Assembly: GCA_964016885.1 (NCBI GenBank)
Contig: OZ024742.1
Coordinates: 126,108,001-126,172,000 of the forward strand
Direction of reading: 5' to 3'
Length of the DNA stretch: 64,000 nucleotides
From: Eledone cirrhosa
Taxonomy: Eukaryota
A program made the position numbers and the translations under genes. Below are positions 48,691-64,000 of this stretch, one piece after another. Within the stretch, counting starts at the first letter, position 1; the number at the start of each line of letters is the position of its first letter. Below the pieces are notes generated by a model. It had not been told where the DNA came from. It made no database searches and worked only from the letters and a program-made list of their open reading frames with translations.

Positions 48691-48768
48691 AATTGCCTTG
48701 TCTGACGAACGAATGAGGACGTTTCTTGTATTCGTCTTATTCGGGAAACCTCTGGTAATGAGGTAATT
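48691..48768 (+). ncRNA. Type I hammerhead ribozyme with extended stem II
   Basis: aattgccttgt CTGACGA a cgaatgaggacg..cgtcttattcg g GAAA cc tct gg TA atgaggtaatt; 11-bp stem I including G-U pairs. Confidence 0.75.
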
Positions 48769-48868
48769 ATATTGTATTGTTTATTATACATTAAATTTAG
48801 CTCTGTAACTTACATAGAGCACTCTTCACTCCTATGACTTTTTCAATTTTCAACGGAAACTTCAATAC

Positions 48869-48900
<32 letters not shown>

Positions 48901-49065
48901 GGCTTCTACAACTAGAACTGTTTCATTCGAAGGAAATCATAGATGCTTTCCTTCGAATGAAACAGTTCTAGTCCTGTAGAAGATATTTCTATATTAAATC
49001 TTGTATATACTCTACTATGTATTGAGTACCTTACTTACTGTGGTTACCCCCGCTTGAACCAGGGA

Positions 49066-49186
<121 letters not shown>

Positions 49187-49306
49187 TTACGGTAAATATT
49201 GATGCAATTCAGTCAAGCACTCTACGTACTTTTTTCCACATAGGAATGACGAGTATAAGAAAATGCAAAGTAATTGCAGATGTTAAAGTCCTTTATTGGT
49301 AAGGCT

Positions 49307-49377
49307 GTGGTACATATTTCAATGACGACAGTGGTCACGCGATTCCGCGTAACCAGTGCCATAATCTCATCAGACAC
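49307..49377 (-). ncRNA. Hammerhead-like motif with long stem II
   Basis: Minus: gtgt CTGATGA gattatggca c tggttacgcg gaat cgcgtgacca c tgtcgtcatt GAAA tatg TA ccac. Confidence 0.6.
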
Positions 49378-50071
49378 TTCATTAAATAATAAGGTTACCT
49401 TCTCGAGAAAATCCAAACAAAAACGACAAGGAAACGGACAAAGAGGATATTTTTGAAGCCTTCGCCCGTTCCGTTGTGAGCCCTAATTCCCCTCCACAGA
49501 TTTGCACAGGTGCAAATGTGAAGGAAGTTGACCATCTAACTACTACCCATAACAAAGTAGAGCTAGCCTAGACAAGCCTCTCCCCCAACCAATCTCCCCC
49601 AACCCAGCCGGTGAGTTGACAGGGTCACAGGGTTCAAGTCAGCCAATAAGTTATAATTTACTGCTAGTCCAACGTCCAGCAGCAGCCAACCAGAAGTCTA
49701 TGGTAGGGCAAATATTTCATTACTATCCCTATTTATATTTGGACAATAGAATTGACCATGAAGTGAATAAAAACTTAATTCTATGGTCTAGATATAATGG
49801 TTTGACAATGGAAATTAAAATTGGTAATAGGATTGAAAATTAGAAATAAAAGTTAAAAATCCCAAATCAAAACTCTGGACTTCAGAATCATTAACTGAAG
49901 TTAATAAAAAATAAAAATGTATAAACTATAATGAGAAATTATAAAAAGGGGATCAATAATTTCTCATATATATTTTTCTTTTTCATTTTGTATCTATGTA
50001 TTTTTTTTATTCATGTGATAAACTAACATATTAACTAATTGATTAACTAATTGATTGGTCTCATCAGCTAT

Positions 50072-50140
50072 CTGATGAGATCATGGCACCGGTTAAGCGG
50101 AATCACGTGGCCACTGTCGTCATGGAAATATGTACCACAG
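50072..50140 (+). ncRNA. Inverted paralogue of the 49307 hammerhead-like motif (stem I 5' strand lost)
   Basis: CTGATGA gatcatggcac...gtcgtcatg GAAA tatg TA ccacagcc. Confidence 0.5.
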
Positions 50141-50297
50141 CCTTACCACATCAATATTCATCTTTTTCCATTTCTTAGAAGGTTCTAAACCCCACTATCA
50201 GGCTAAAATTTCTTTATTAAAAAAATACTGCGAAAGCTTCTATTTTCTAATTTCAAACATACTTATACACACACACACACACACACACACATGCGCG

Positions 50298-50385
<88 letters not shown>

Positions 50386-50454
50386 GGGAATGTAACGTCC
50401 AGTTACTGTAGGTTCACCAGAGTGAGCACTCGATGCGTACTTTCCAGTCGATAT

Positions 50455-50545
50455 AGAGGTCCGACGAGCTTTTGATTCCAGAGTCTGGCTAAATCGATAC
50501 AGAGTGAACCTTCAGCTGATCAATAGCGAAACGCGCGTCACTACT
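50455..50545 (+). ncRNA. Degenerate hammerhead (CCGACGA core, palindromic CGCGCG stem III, GUC)
   Basis: agaggt CCGACGA gct.ttgat...atcaa.agc GAAA cgcgcg TC actact. Confidence 0.55.
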
Positions 50546-51060
50546 CAATCTAAACTATAATAAAGAAAGAAGCGCGGGACTGTGTACGGTTTATAATTGT
50601 TTATCCCATTAGTAAAATAACTTGGATTACTTTGAATAAATAATTAATGAATATTACATAATTTATCTACTAAATTTCGTGGCTGTTCATTAAATATATT
50701 TTATTATTTATTTAAAGATTCACTTCTTTAAAATTTTCAAATGTCAACACTTCCGGTGACAATCGCTTAAATAAACATATTAATTTTCTGTCACTAATTT
50801 TCTCCTAATGCAGTTTATATATAATATCGTCTTTTTTTAAATGTATCATGGATTACGTTACTGATTACATAAGACAGTGTAACACAGTTTTCGTTCAACT
50901 GCTGTGTATATTGTCAATTACGATTTTATTTGATGTATCATATTTACATGTATATATACTTGCGTATAATATCAATATACACACAACACATGCTAGCAGA
51001 AAACCACCCAAAGGGTGGTTTTTCTGCTAGTAAACGTAATGAAGACATAACAAATCGTCC

Positions 51061-51170
51061 TAGGTTAACTTTGCCTTTCATCCTTATGTGGTCGATAAAA
51101 TGAAGTACCAGTAATACACTGAATTAATTGGTCGCCTTGTGCCAAAAGTAGAAACAATTATTATTATTAT
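51061..51170 (+). mobile_element. SINE 3' half
   Basis: Shared core and tail. Confidence 0.8.
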
Positions 51171-51183
51171 TATATATAAATAT

Positions 51184-52230
<1,047 letters not shown>

Positions 52231-52265
52231 AGTGTTTTTATATATATATAAGTGTTTTAATAAGT

Positions 52266-52341
<76 letters not shown>

Positions 52342-52389
52342 GACGTATAGTGGTCCCAACGCAGATGACTATGATAGTCGATCCATAAC

Positions 52390-52580
52390 AATAATAATTG
52401 TTTCTATTTTGGGCACAAGGCCAGCAATTATCCCAGTGCATTACTGGTACTTCATTTTGTCGACCCCATAAGGATGAAAGACAAAGTTAAACTCGGCAGG
52501 ATTTGAATTCAGACGTAACTCCATGATGCATATCATGGCGTCCGACCCTCTACTGATACTGCCAATGCACCGCCCTTGAA
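52390..52580 (-). mobile_element. tRNA-derived SINE (Meta-domain-like)
   Basis: Reverse complement of the full SINE. Confidence 0.85.
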
Positions 52581-53261
52581 AAAATAAATATATTTGACCC
52601 CAACGTGATCCATATTAATAATAGTTGAAATATCGGGTAAAGCACCCACAGAGACTGAAAAAAGGGGACTCTGACGCCACTTCTTTCGGCTTCAGAGGTA
52701 CTTTGCCCGATTTTCTTAACTATTGCTTATAGTAATCGACCAGCATCACATTCATCTGCGACGCAGAGACTGCATTTCAAATTTCAACCTGAAGTTCATA
52801 GTTACCAAATACAGATTGTGACGCTTTATACTTTCTGAAGTATTGAGCGCCTTGTTTTCTATCTGTAATCCTTGTACTTATCAACATATACGCAAACAGG
52901 CACACACACAGACACACGTACATATATATCAACACTATGCTGCTTGGTTTCATAGATAACGAAAATAAATTGCCTTATAGATAATAAAATTCGGTGAAAT
53001 GTTAAAGGGTATGTTTCAAATGAAGTAAATTATCAAAACCTTTATTACTTATCTTTAGGCACTAATTTCATCAGCTTATCTTACGTTATGTCTCAATACA
53101 TGTTGGTCTCCCTCTCCCTCTCACTCTTTCTTCCCCTCCCCTCTATCTTTATTCCCACCACCCCCTTTACACACACGCGCGCACGCACACATTCACCCAC
53201 TCTCTTTCTTCCTTTCTCTTTGTCAAACATTAAATGAACCATACTAGAAATCATTAAATTA

Positions 53262-53452
53262 ACGGTGGATTGGCAGTATTGGTAGAGGGTCGGACGCCAT
53301 GCTTTGCAGCAAAGACTTACGGCCCTTTATTGTCTGAGTTCAAATCCCGTCGAGGTTAACTTTGCATTTCATCCTTACGGGGTCGATAAAATAAAGTACC
53401 AGTAATGCACTGGAATAATTGCTGGCCCTGTGCCTAAAGTAGAAATCATTAA
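53262..53452 (+). mobile_element. tRNA-derived SINE (Meta-domain-like), full length
   Basis: A and B boxes, core and tail; agaaatcattaaattaacg is repeated at both ends (53246, 53441). Confidence 0.9.
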
Positions 53453-53464
53453 ATTAACGCTGAC

Positions 53465-53620
53465 ATGGCTATGGGGTTAAGACTGAAGCTTCATAACCTC
53501 GTGATTTCCGATTCAATTCCACTGTGTAGCCAGCAGCTTGAACAAATGTCTTCTACCTTAGCCATGAGGTCGACTAAAGCCTTTTCTGTGAAATATGATG
53601 GATAAAAACTGTGTGGAGGC
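53465..53620 (+). mobile_element. Diverged CORE-like SINE
   Basis: Similar to 46617 and 4113. Confidence 0.5.
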
Positions 53621-54511
53621 CCAGAAGAGGCGGTGGGGCTGGTCCTGTTTTTTTGTGTAGTAGGCTTAATCAGCTACTCAGTATCCTAACACCTCAGGAC
53701 CCTTGGATAACATGTGCACAGATCCTTCTATTGCAAGTATTAGGGCCAGGTCTCCGGACTAAGGATAATTTCTTCCCTTCATCTCACCAGTCTCAAGGAT
53801 CTGGGAAATACCATCGGGGCAGATTTTTCTCCTCGGCAACGTAATGAAAAACACATAAATAAATAAATTGATGAATAAATAAATAAACTAATTAATTACA
53901 GTCGATCATTATAGAAACAATGTTCCAATGTTAAAACTAACTGCGTAGGAACGGAACTCATATCTACCGTATGCCGGACTGCTGCGTTACCATTACATCA
54001 AAGTGAAACTGACCACTTACTCGTCATTTTTGAGATCAATATTTCGGCCGGTAGATGTAAACAAAGAATTAATTACTTTGCGAAGCATTGAGTAAATTTC
54101 AATTTTGAAAGTATGCTAGCTTATTGTAAGCTGCTACAACGTACGCTTTTAACTATAAAAAAAAAAAACTATAACAAGTTGGACATATAAACTCCCCAGA
54201 GATGGGAGAAAGTGGACAGTATCGCCTGTGAATTTAAAAAACCAGCTTCGACCTTTTTTAATCGGCACCTTCATTTATTTAACTATTAAGGAGGTGACAT
54301 ACACCTGTACCGCATTCCTCTCTCTTACTTTCTCCCCCTCTCCCAAGTTCTCCCATAATCTCTCCATCCTTCCTACATCTATCCTAACCAATATATCAAT
54401 ATATTCAGACGGAATCCACATTACTTTCTTTCTGGTGAAGATAAACAAACACGCTTTTTGCTGAAACATCATAGCCATGTTGTAAGGATATGAATAAATC
54501 TACGTATAAAT

Positions 54512-54718
<207 letters not shown>

Positions 54719-55009
54719 GTCCGTACGAAGCTAACATACATAATTGCAGTCAACTCATTAGACAAGTAAGATCGTCACTGACAAATGATATATTCCTGTC
54801 GGCGGTTGAGTCATGCATTGTCTGCTCAGGGCTTGAATGTTTTGTTGCATAAAATGCTTTGAAATTCACTTCAATGATTCAGCTCTTCATTCTAATCCAG
54901 AAAATGATTATGTATTTTTGAATACCTTGTACGTCCGGACTTATTCGCATATACTGTCGCATATACCACATGTCAAATTGGCTGCAAGGAATTGGTCATA
55001 TTTGACCTG

Positions 55010-57620
55010 CGGCATTTCAGCATGTTTACGTTGGTGACTTGTAACGCCAGCTTTTCATAGATATATTCGGCCACATACATTGCATACAAACTGAGGTAGA
55101 TAAGTCACCACATGTTGGTCTTTCTGAGCTGCACGTTCAATGCTAGCCCATTCCGAAGCAGATTCCTGAAAAAGTCTTACACAATTAGATACATCGGTGT
55201 GCCACTTGTTTCTATGAAATGCTATGGCTTCCCAGCGAGAGGGGTCAATGTTACACTGTGTTTAGGAATCTTTCACAAAGCCTTGAAACGCAGCTTTGGT
55301 TTGTGTTGTCGTCTTGCACCAAGTATTAACTCGTCATAAAGGACTAGCTTTGGGATTCGGCCGTCGTCAGATTTAACAACGTGGCCTACCCATCGGAGTC
55401 AGTGTTTGTGTATGTGGACATCAAGGCTGACAACACCTACAGGTCAACCTGGGAATCTATATTTAATAAAACATTGAAATGTTCCTTCCACCTTTTAGCT
55501 ATGCTATCCATGTCTGTTAGATTTGAACCATCCTTGGATCTGAGTGCTGTTATATTACTGGATCTTGGTTCAAAGTCAAGCTTCAGCAAATTATAGAATC
55601 CCTTTGAATTTCTAGAGTTGGCTGTTATCTGCCTATCAGATACAATTTTTGACCACCAAAATGTCTTTCGTCTAATGCAATTTACACTCTTTTTAAACCT
55701 TTCTTCTAGTTTACGTCTTTCTCTTGATGTTTCAAAGCCTTTTTGTAACATTTACATTCAGATGGCATTTTTCTTCAACAATATTGCTTTTATCTCCTGA
55801 TCATTCTCATCAAACCAATTCCTAATTTTTGCTGTAGTAATTCCAAATGTTTCATGTGCTATGTTGTAAAGTTCAACTCTAACTACTGCCCCAAAAGAGG
55901 TGTCATTGATGGCAGAAATATGTTTATGCAAAGCGACTTGAATTTCTGGAGATCTCAGCTTACTGACAAGGTAAGATTAATGGTATTATGATTTCTAGCT
56001 GCTGGCTTTATGACTTACTAAACAGTGATCAATTCAGCAATCAGTATCTTGCATAGAACAGACATTACAGAGATCCTGTATGTCACGTTTGCGAATAATA
56101 AGATAATCCATTAAGTGCCATTGTCGGGAACCTGTGTTATAATGTAAACGCCTTTATGCTTGAAGTGTATGCTTGAGATATACAGGTTGTACTCAGTACA
56201 CAGCTCCAGCAGGAGCAGGCCATTACAATTAGTTTTCCCAACTCCATACCTTCCAAGACAGCTTCACGTCTCCCAATCTGGGCTCACACGTGCATAAAAA
56301 TCTCTCAGAAGAATTATTTTATCATTGTGTGGATTTGAATGCAAAGTGTCCCTTAATGATTCATAAAGCTTATGTATGTATTTGTGTGTGTTTGTAAGTA
56401 TATGTGTGAGTGGGGAGTTATGTGCGTGTGTGTGTGCGTCCTAACACAAATGAACATAGTAATAATTGTTCATTTCAAATGTTTATGAAAATCATGTAAA
56501 GTATCCCTGGAAATGTAAAAAACTGTCTTTTTTATTTCATCGCTGACATTTGTTAGAGCGTATGGAGCAATAATTGTGAAATGTATACCACTCGAGAGGA
56601 GTAGCTGCAGTCCTTCGCCGGTCACTAATCCCTTGAGGAAACTCTATTCATTCCTTTCTTGAGCATTTCACCCTCCCAGAAAAATGTAAAACCACCACCT
56701 ATCTCCTTCAGTTGCCCATTCTCTGAAAGGCGAGTTTCTGAAACAGTCGCTACATCTACACCACAGTGATGAAGTTCTCTTGAGACTTGTGTTGTTCTAT
56801 GTTCTGGAGGAAATCGATTCGAACTGTCAACCAAAGTTCGCACATTCCAACAAGCCATGTTGAGTTGAATTTTTGGTGGATTGGCAGAGTCGGTAGAGGG
56901 TCGGACGCCATGCTTTCTAGCATAGTTACGTCCCTTTACGATCTGAGTTCAAATCCCGCCGAGGTTGACTTTGCCTTTCATCCTTACGGGGTCGATAAAA
57001 TAAAGTACCAGTAATGCACTGGGTAATTGCTGGCCTTGTGCCAAAAGTAGAAACAATTATTTGTGTCTCCTTTGTTAATTATAGAACCACGCCAAGGTCA
57101 CCTTTTCTAGACGGTTCCAGAATTTTGCTGAGCAGAACTGATCTAGTAAAGCTACTCACACGAGTAGTGACCGATTGTTTAGCTTGATGTCAAATGACTT
57201 GATGTCAAATGACATCTGCCAAAGGCTACTTTAAGTGCAGGTCAACAACTATATACAATCCTATTGGAGATGGGAAGTCTAGTAACACATCCAGGCTAGA
57301 CAAGCTGAAGGTACGTAGATGTTGACCCACATTTAAATTAACCTTTGGCGGTTATAAAGTTGTTTGACATCAAGCTAGATCATGGTGGCAATCGGTTCTT
57401 TCTCCCTGATGACAGTATATGCCCCGTGGGGTAAACCAAAATAACCCAAGATGCATACACGACTCCTTAGGCAAGAACATCGCCTGAGCCGGGACAGGTT
57501 GACCCGGATTCCACTGACTTTCAGTCAAATACCTTACACCTATAGGACAACATACCTCAACCACAGTGACATACTCCAGTAAGGCCGGTCCACGCACCCC
57601 CATGCATGTGTACCTTTTCA
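55010..57620 (-). mobile_element. Decayed RTE (BovB-like) LINE, RT largely deleted, SINE inserted at 56876-57062
   Basis: ACWNVRTL..RT...SREL...VD...SETRL...GQLKE.GGGFTFFW (APE N-terminus); RWKEHF..LLN; RWVGHVV...D.RIPK C-terminal segment. Confidence 0.8.
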
Positions 57621-57840
57621 ATCGAGAATCCATTCCCTCCACGTGTTCCATTTTGGAACACATTTTATTTGTTCCGCATACAGGCCCCAAGTGTACATCT
57701 CATACTCCTCTTATGTACTATCTCATACGCATACACGTCCCTTTTTTTATATATCTCTATGTGACGTTATATGTAAACTTTTAATATATTGTATATTTCT
57801 TTTTTATATGTGTGTATATATGTATGCGTATATGTATATA

Positions 57841-59588
<1,748 letters not shown>

Positions 59589-59605
59589 TATATATATATT
59601 CTTTA

Positions 59606-59666
<61 letters not shown>

Positions 59667-59981
59667 TATGTATGTGTATGGATGTATATATATGGTTATA
59701 TTGTTTATATTTGTGCATGGGTATAACAAGATGCATCCTTTGTATGTCCCATTGTGTAGCTTTATATGACTGTGTGTATATCACGTTTGTGTATAGACAG
59801 ATATATGTATGTATGTATCTTTGTAGACGTGCGTGGGCTTGTAGGTAATAGGCGCATATTTGTAAGATTGTATATGAGCCAGTGTGTGTGTATATATATA
59901 TATATTCCATTTTGACGTGATAGTCACTTATATATTATGAAATACTGTTGGCTTCACGCTCACAATAATTTCTATACTTTC

Positions 59982-60043
<62 letters not shown>

Positions 60044-60069
60044 ATATATATCCAGAATTGGCTGTCGAA

Positions 60070-60102
<33 letters not shown>

Positions 60103-60112
<10 letters not shown>

Positions 60113-60690
60113 TAAACGGAATAGAAAATGCTGACAAATTGTTGACAGTTGAAAAATGGTTTAATTAGGAATAAAAGAGTATTAGTGATTGTATGGGTTA
60201 GTATTCAGTTGTGGTTTTAAGTTTTTAAGTTTTTACCGGTTGCGCATTTCTAAATGCTTTTCAAAAATAATTTTGAGATAGAGTGTCCGTGCTGTTTGCT
60301 CTGATCAGAGCATTTTTAGAAATGCGCAACCGGTAAAAACTTAAAAACTTAAAACCAGTTTTTAAGTTTTTACCGGTTGCGCATTTCTAAATGCTTTTCA
60401 AAAATAATTTTGAGATAGAGTGTCCGTGCTGTTTGCTCTAATCAGAGCAAACAGCACGGACACTCTATCTCAAAATTATTTTTGAAAAGCATAGCAAACA
60501 GCACGGACACTCTATCTCAAAATTATTTTTGAAAAGCATTTAGAAATGCGCAACCGGTAAAAACTTAAAAACTTAAAACCACAACTGAATACTAACCCAT
60601 ACAATCACTAATACTCTTTTATTCCTAATTAAACCATTTTTCAACTGTGAACAATTTGTCAGCATTTTCTATTCCGTTTACCAATATATA
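60103..60690. repeat. Complex fold-back (inverted ~200-bp outer arms with internal partial copies) between (TA)n
   Basis: 60103-60300 is the reverse complement of 60493-60690, with three shorter alternating fragments between. Confidence 0.92.
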
Positions 60691-60719
60691 ATAACTTGTG
60701 TGTTACACCTCTATTCTTT

Positions 60720-60765
<46 letters not shown>

Positions 60766-60767
<2 letters not shown>

Positions 60768-61520
60768 AACGAGTAGGACCCCGTAGAAATCTACATTTCA
60801 TATTACAAACACTACCAGGATTGAACGCCTGTCTCCATCTCCGTTTGATTGTCAAAATACATATTAACATTCTCTATTAGTCTTAATTCTATCAACTCTT
60901 CTATTCTTTACCATTTAATATAAACTGCTATAGATAAAATGAGATTTCTTAATTCAATTCCCTAATGCATATACCAGCGGGCTACCAACATTGTTGTTAT
61001 TTAGTAGCAGTGAAAATCTCCCTCTTCCTTAATTGACACTTTATATCTATTAATACTACTACACCAAACGACCAGCCCTGTCCATTGTTCAATTGGTCAA
61101 GTATAGATTAAAATAAGCACTCCCAAAAATTCTTATTTAGATAAAATAAACCATATACTCATTGTATTCTCATTAGAAACCTTTTATATACGTGTTTACC
61201 AGTAAATTGAATTGCCATCTGTCATATACTATCCCCTCTCTTCCTTTCTTACAACTAATATAAATATCTCTGAAGAAGTGACAACTGATTATACATTTGC
61301 TATCGAATACTTGCTAACATTATATGATTACGCAAGCAGCGATACATAGGTATTCCGTCTGTTTCAGAAACATATGTCAATACCTAATAAATTCCTTTTT
61401 AAAAAAGCACTTTCATTTTATATTCATCTTTTCTACATTTTCTCCGGAATATAATTTATACTCGTTGAGCAAACCTACACGTACGCTGTTCATCTCTAAC
61501 GTGACGATATATTATTACTA
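60766..61520 (+). mobile_element. Non-coding (TA)n-flanked element with hammerhead-like motif 61270-61378
   Basis: CTGAAGA...~90-nt stem II region...GAAA catatg TC; first 17 bp resemble those at 57939. Confidence 0.45.
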
Positions 61521-61673
61521 CATTATTGATACGCATTTATATATATACATACACACACGTATATGTATGGACTTTCCAGTTTCATTTCACATTATGTACA
61601 TGTCTGTGTATATTTTAATTATTTAAAAATTATTTTTAAGTGAACATGACCCAACTAGTCACAGGCAGTCTAT

Positions 61674-61743
<70 letters not shown>

Positions 61744-62035
61744 GGTACCCCCGCTTCTGCCGAGATGGGTAGAAGCTGGATTCTTATAGAATTCCAGTGA
61801 TGTTTAAGAGCTGATTAAACAAAGCGGTTGCATGCAATCTTGATAACCGCTAAGGAGCGAGAAACGGTCGTCGGTTACTTCCCTTTGCTTTTGTCGAGAC
61901 CAAGTAAGTGACGTAGTCACTACTTTAAAACTCGTAGCGAATGGTCTTCAAAATCTTTTAAAATAAACATACAGTATATTATCAAATATACCATACATAC
62001 ATTCATACATACATCGCCATTTTAGAGCACCGATA

Positions 62036-62067
<32 letters not shown>

Positions 62068-62068
<1 letters not shown>

Positions 62069-64000
62069 TAGCAGTTTAGCCCGGCGTTGCTCGGGTTTGT
62101 TCATTTGCTATGAAAAGTTACATACAGGTAAACGTGGCTTGAAAGCGAATAAGCTTATCAATTAAGTGCATAAAGCAGTTGAACCGGTTATTAAAAGTTA
62201 TGAACTAATTAGCATTTTGGACAATCAATGATCAATCAATAATCTTCCAATAGCGACTGATGCCGCTGGGCGTCAGATCTGTCCGCCATGGGAGTTCGTT
62301 TTTTATTCGGGGTGTCAGTTTTTTATTGGGGGGGGGTCCGTTTTTTATTTGGTGGGGCAGGTAAGTTTTTTATTTGGAATCCGTTTTTAATTGGGGGTCC
62401 GTTTTTTATTTGGGGGGGATCCATCTTTTATTGGGGGGGGGTATTTAGGGGCATCTGTTTTTTATTGGGAGGAGGGGCATTTTTTATTTGGGGAGATCCG
62501 TCTTTTATTTGGGGAGGGGGAGTTTATTTGGGGGCATGTTTTTATTGGGGGGGGAGCATTTTTTATTTGGAGGGGGGGGGCCGTTTTTTATTTGTAGTCC
62601 GTTTTTTTATTTGGGGGCATGTTTTTATGGGGGGGGGGCTCCTTTTTTATGGAGGGGGGGCGTTTTTTTATTGGGGGAGTCCGTTTTTTAATGGGGAGTC
62701 TGTTTTTTATTTGGAGACCATTTTTTATTTGGGCGAGGTGTTGGGTTCAGTTTTTTATGGGGGGTCGGTTTTTTATTTGGAGACCGTTTTTTATTTGGGG
62801 GGTCCCCGTTTTTTATTGGGGGTTCTGTTTTTCATTGGGGGAGTTTTTATTTGGAATCCGTTTTTAATTTGGGGGCTCCGTTTTTTATTTGGGGGGGTCC
62901 GTTTTTTTGGTGGGGGGTCTGTTTTTTATGGGGGGGGTCTATTTTTTATTTGGGGGTGATCCCTTTTTTATTTGGGGGTCCATTTTATTTGGGGTGTACG
63001 TTTTTTATTTGGAGTCCGTCTTTTATTGAGGGCGTTTTGTATTAGGAGACCGTTTTTTATTGGGGGGGAGGGTTTTTATTTTGGTGGAGGGTCTGTTTTT
63101 TTATTGGGGGGGTCTATTTTTTATTTGGGGGTAATCCGTTTTTATTTGGGGGATCCATTTTATTTGGGTGGTTCGATTTTTATTGGGGGGTCTGTTTTTT
63201 ATTGGGGGGTCGGTTTTTTATTTGAGGGGTCCATTTTTTATTGGGAGGGTCCGTTTTTTTATTGGGGTGGGTCCGTTTTTTATTTGGGGGAGGGGTGGGG
63301 GTCCTTTTTTTAAAGGGGGTCCGTTTTTTTTGGAGGGGTCTGTTTTTTATTTGGGGGGGAGGCGTTGGGTAATCTTTTTATGGGGGGCGTTCTTTATTGG
63401 GGGGGTCGGTTTTTTATTTGGAGACCGTTTTTTATTTGGGGAGAGGGATGGGGGATGCGTTTTTTATGGGGGTGGGAGTTTTTTATTGGGGGGGGGGGTA
63501 TTTTGGGGGGAGGGTATGGGGGGCGTTTATTATGGGGGTGGGCGTTTTTTATTGGGGGGTCCGTTTTTTTTTTGGGGGGGGGGGCGTTTTCTATTGGGGG
63601 GTCTGATTTTTATTTGGAGACCGTTTTTTATTTGGGGGGGGGGGCGTTTTTTATGGGGGGTCCGCACACGGACCATGTTAGCTTTGACGATGTCATGTAA
63701 TTCCTGGTCAGTTGCTGGGTTATGGATTTCAGCCAAAATGAAGCTGTCTATGACATTTGAATTGATTTCATCAGCTAACCAAATCAAAATGTGAGCATGT
63801 GGCAGCCCTCGTTTTTGCCATTCGACGGTGAACATGTCACACTTTACAGCCCCAAATATCTGACCCTTTTTTATTAAAGCCATGAGTTTAGCCAGTTTCA
63901 GTCTGAACACTTTGGCAATGAGGTCATGTCTGTTCGAATAATTTTGCCCAGGAAAACGTTCACGGGTTACATTCCGATTCATATGTCTATAGCATTAATC
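62068..64000 (-). mobile_element. Helitron remnant: Rep (HUH) fragment, G/T-rich array, 3' terminus
   Basis: FG.V..DMFTVEWQKRGLPHAHILIWL (63660-63982); 3' hairpin + CTAG at 62068-62097. Confidence 0.88.
62290..63662 (+). repeat. Degenerate tandem repeat of ~17-20 bp (T5-6 ATT G4-10 TCCG)
   Basis: Read directly; homopolymer lengths vary. Confidence 0.95.

Noticed and set aside
52620-52724. Imperfect ~28-bp inverted repeat
   Set aside because: Single degraded copy with no TSD; cannot be assigned.
62288-63794. Gly/Phe-rich ORFs
   Set aside because: Artefacts of the G/T tandem array, open in several frames.

Overview
Repeat-saturated animal DNA with no recognisable host gene. The tRNA-derived SINE families and very dense (TA)n/(CA)n/(TACA)n microsatellites suggest an octopus or other cephalopod (inference). 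From left to right the window holds: (i) a 466-468 bp tandem array with a fold-back at ~2408, each unit carrying a minimal type I hammerhead ribozyme (retrozyme / Penelope pLTR-like); (ii) two 5'-truncated R4/Dong-type RLE retrotransposons and four copies of a non-coding retroposon in a (TACA)n hotspot; (iii) a nearly intact CsRn1/Kabuki-clade Ty3/Gypsy element (tRNA-Trp PBS, CHCC gag, G GGA AAC -1 frameshift), split at the gag/pol junction by a 3.36 kb composite LTR insert; (iv) Helitron remnants; (v) Penelope RT/GIY-YIG remnants and several further hammerhead-like motifs next to (TA)n; (vi) three Tx1/L1-type LINEs and a Dong fragment nested in (ATT)n SINE tails; (vii) RTE remnants. Best leads are the hammerhead array with an ABAB dimer pattern, a putative micro-intron that would fuse Tx1 ORF1 to ORF2 in frame, and a possible SINE/Tx1 shared 3' tail. 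All folds and alignments were done by eye.
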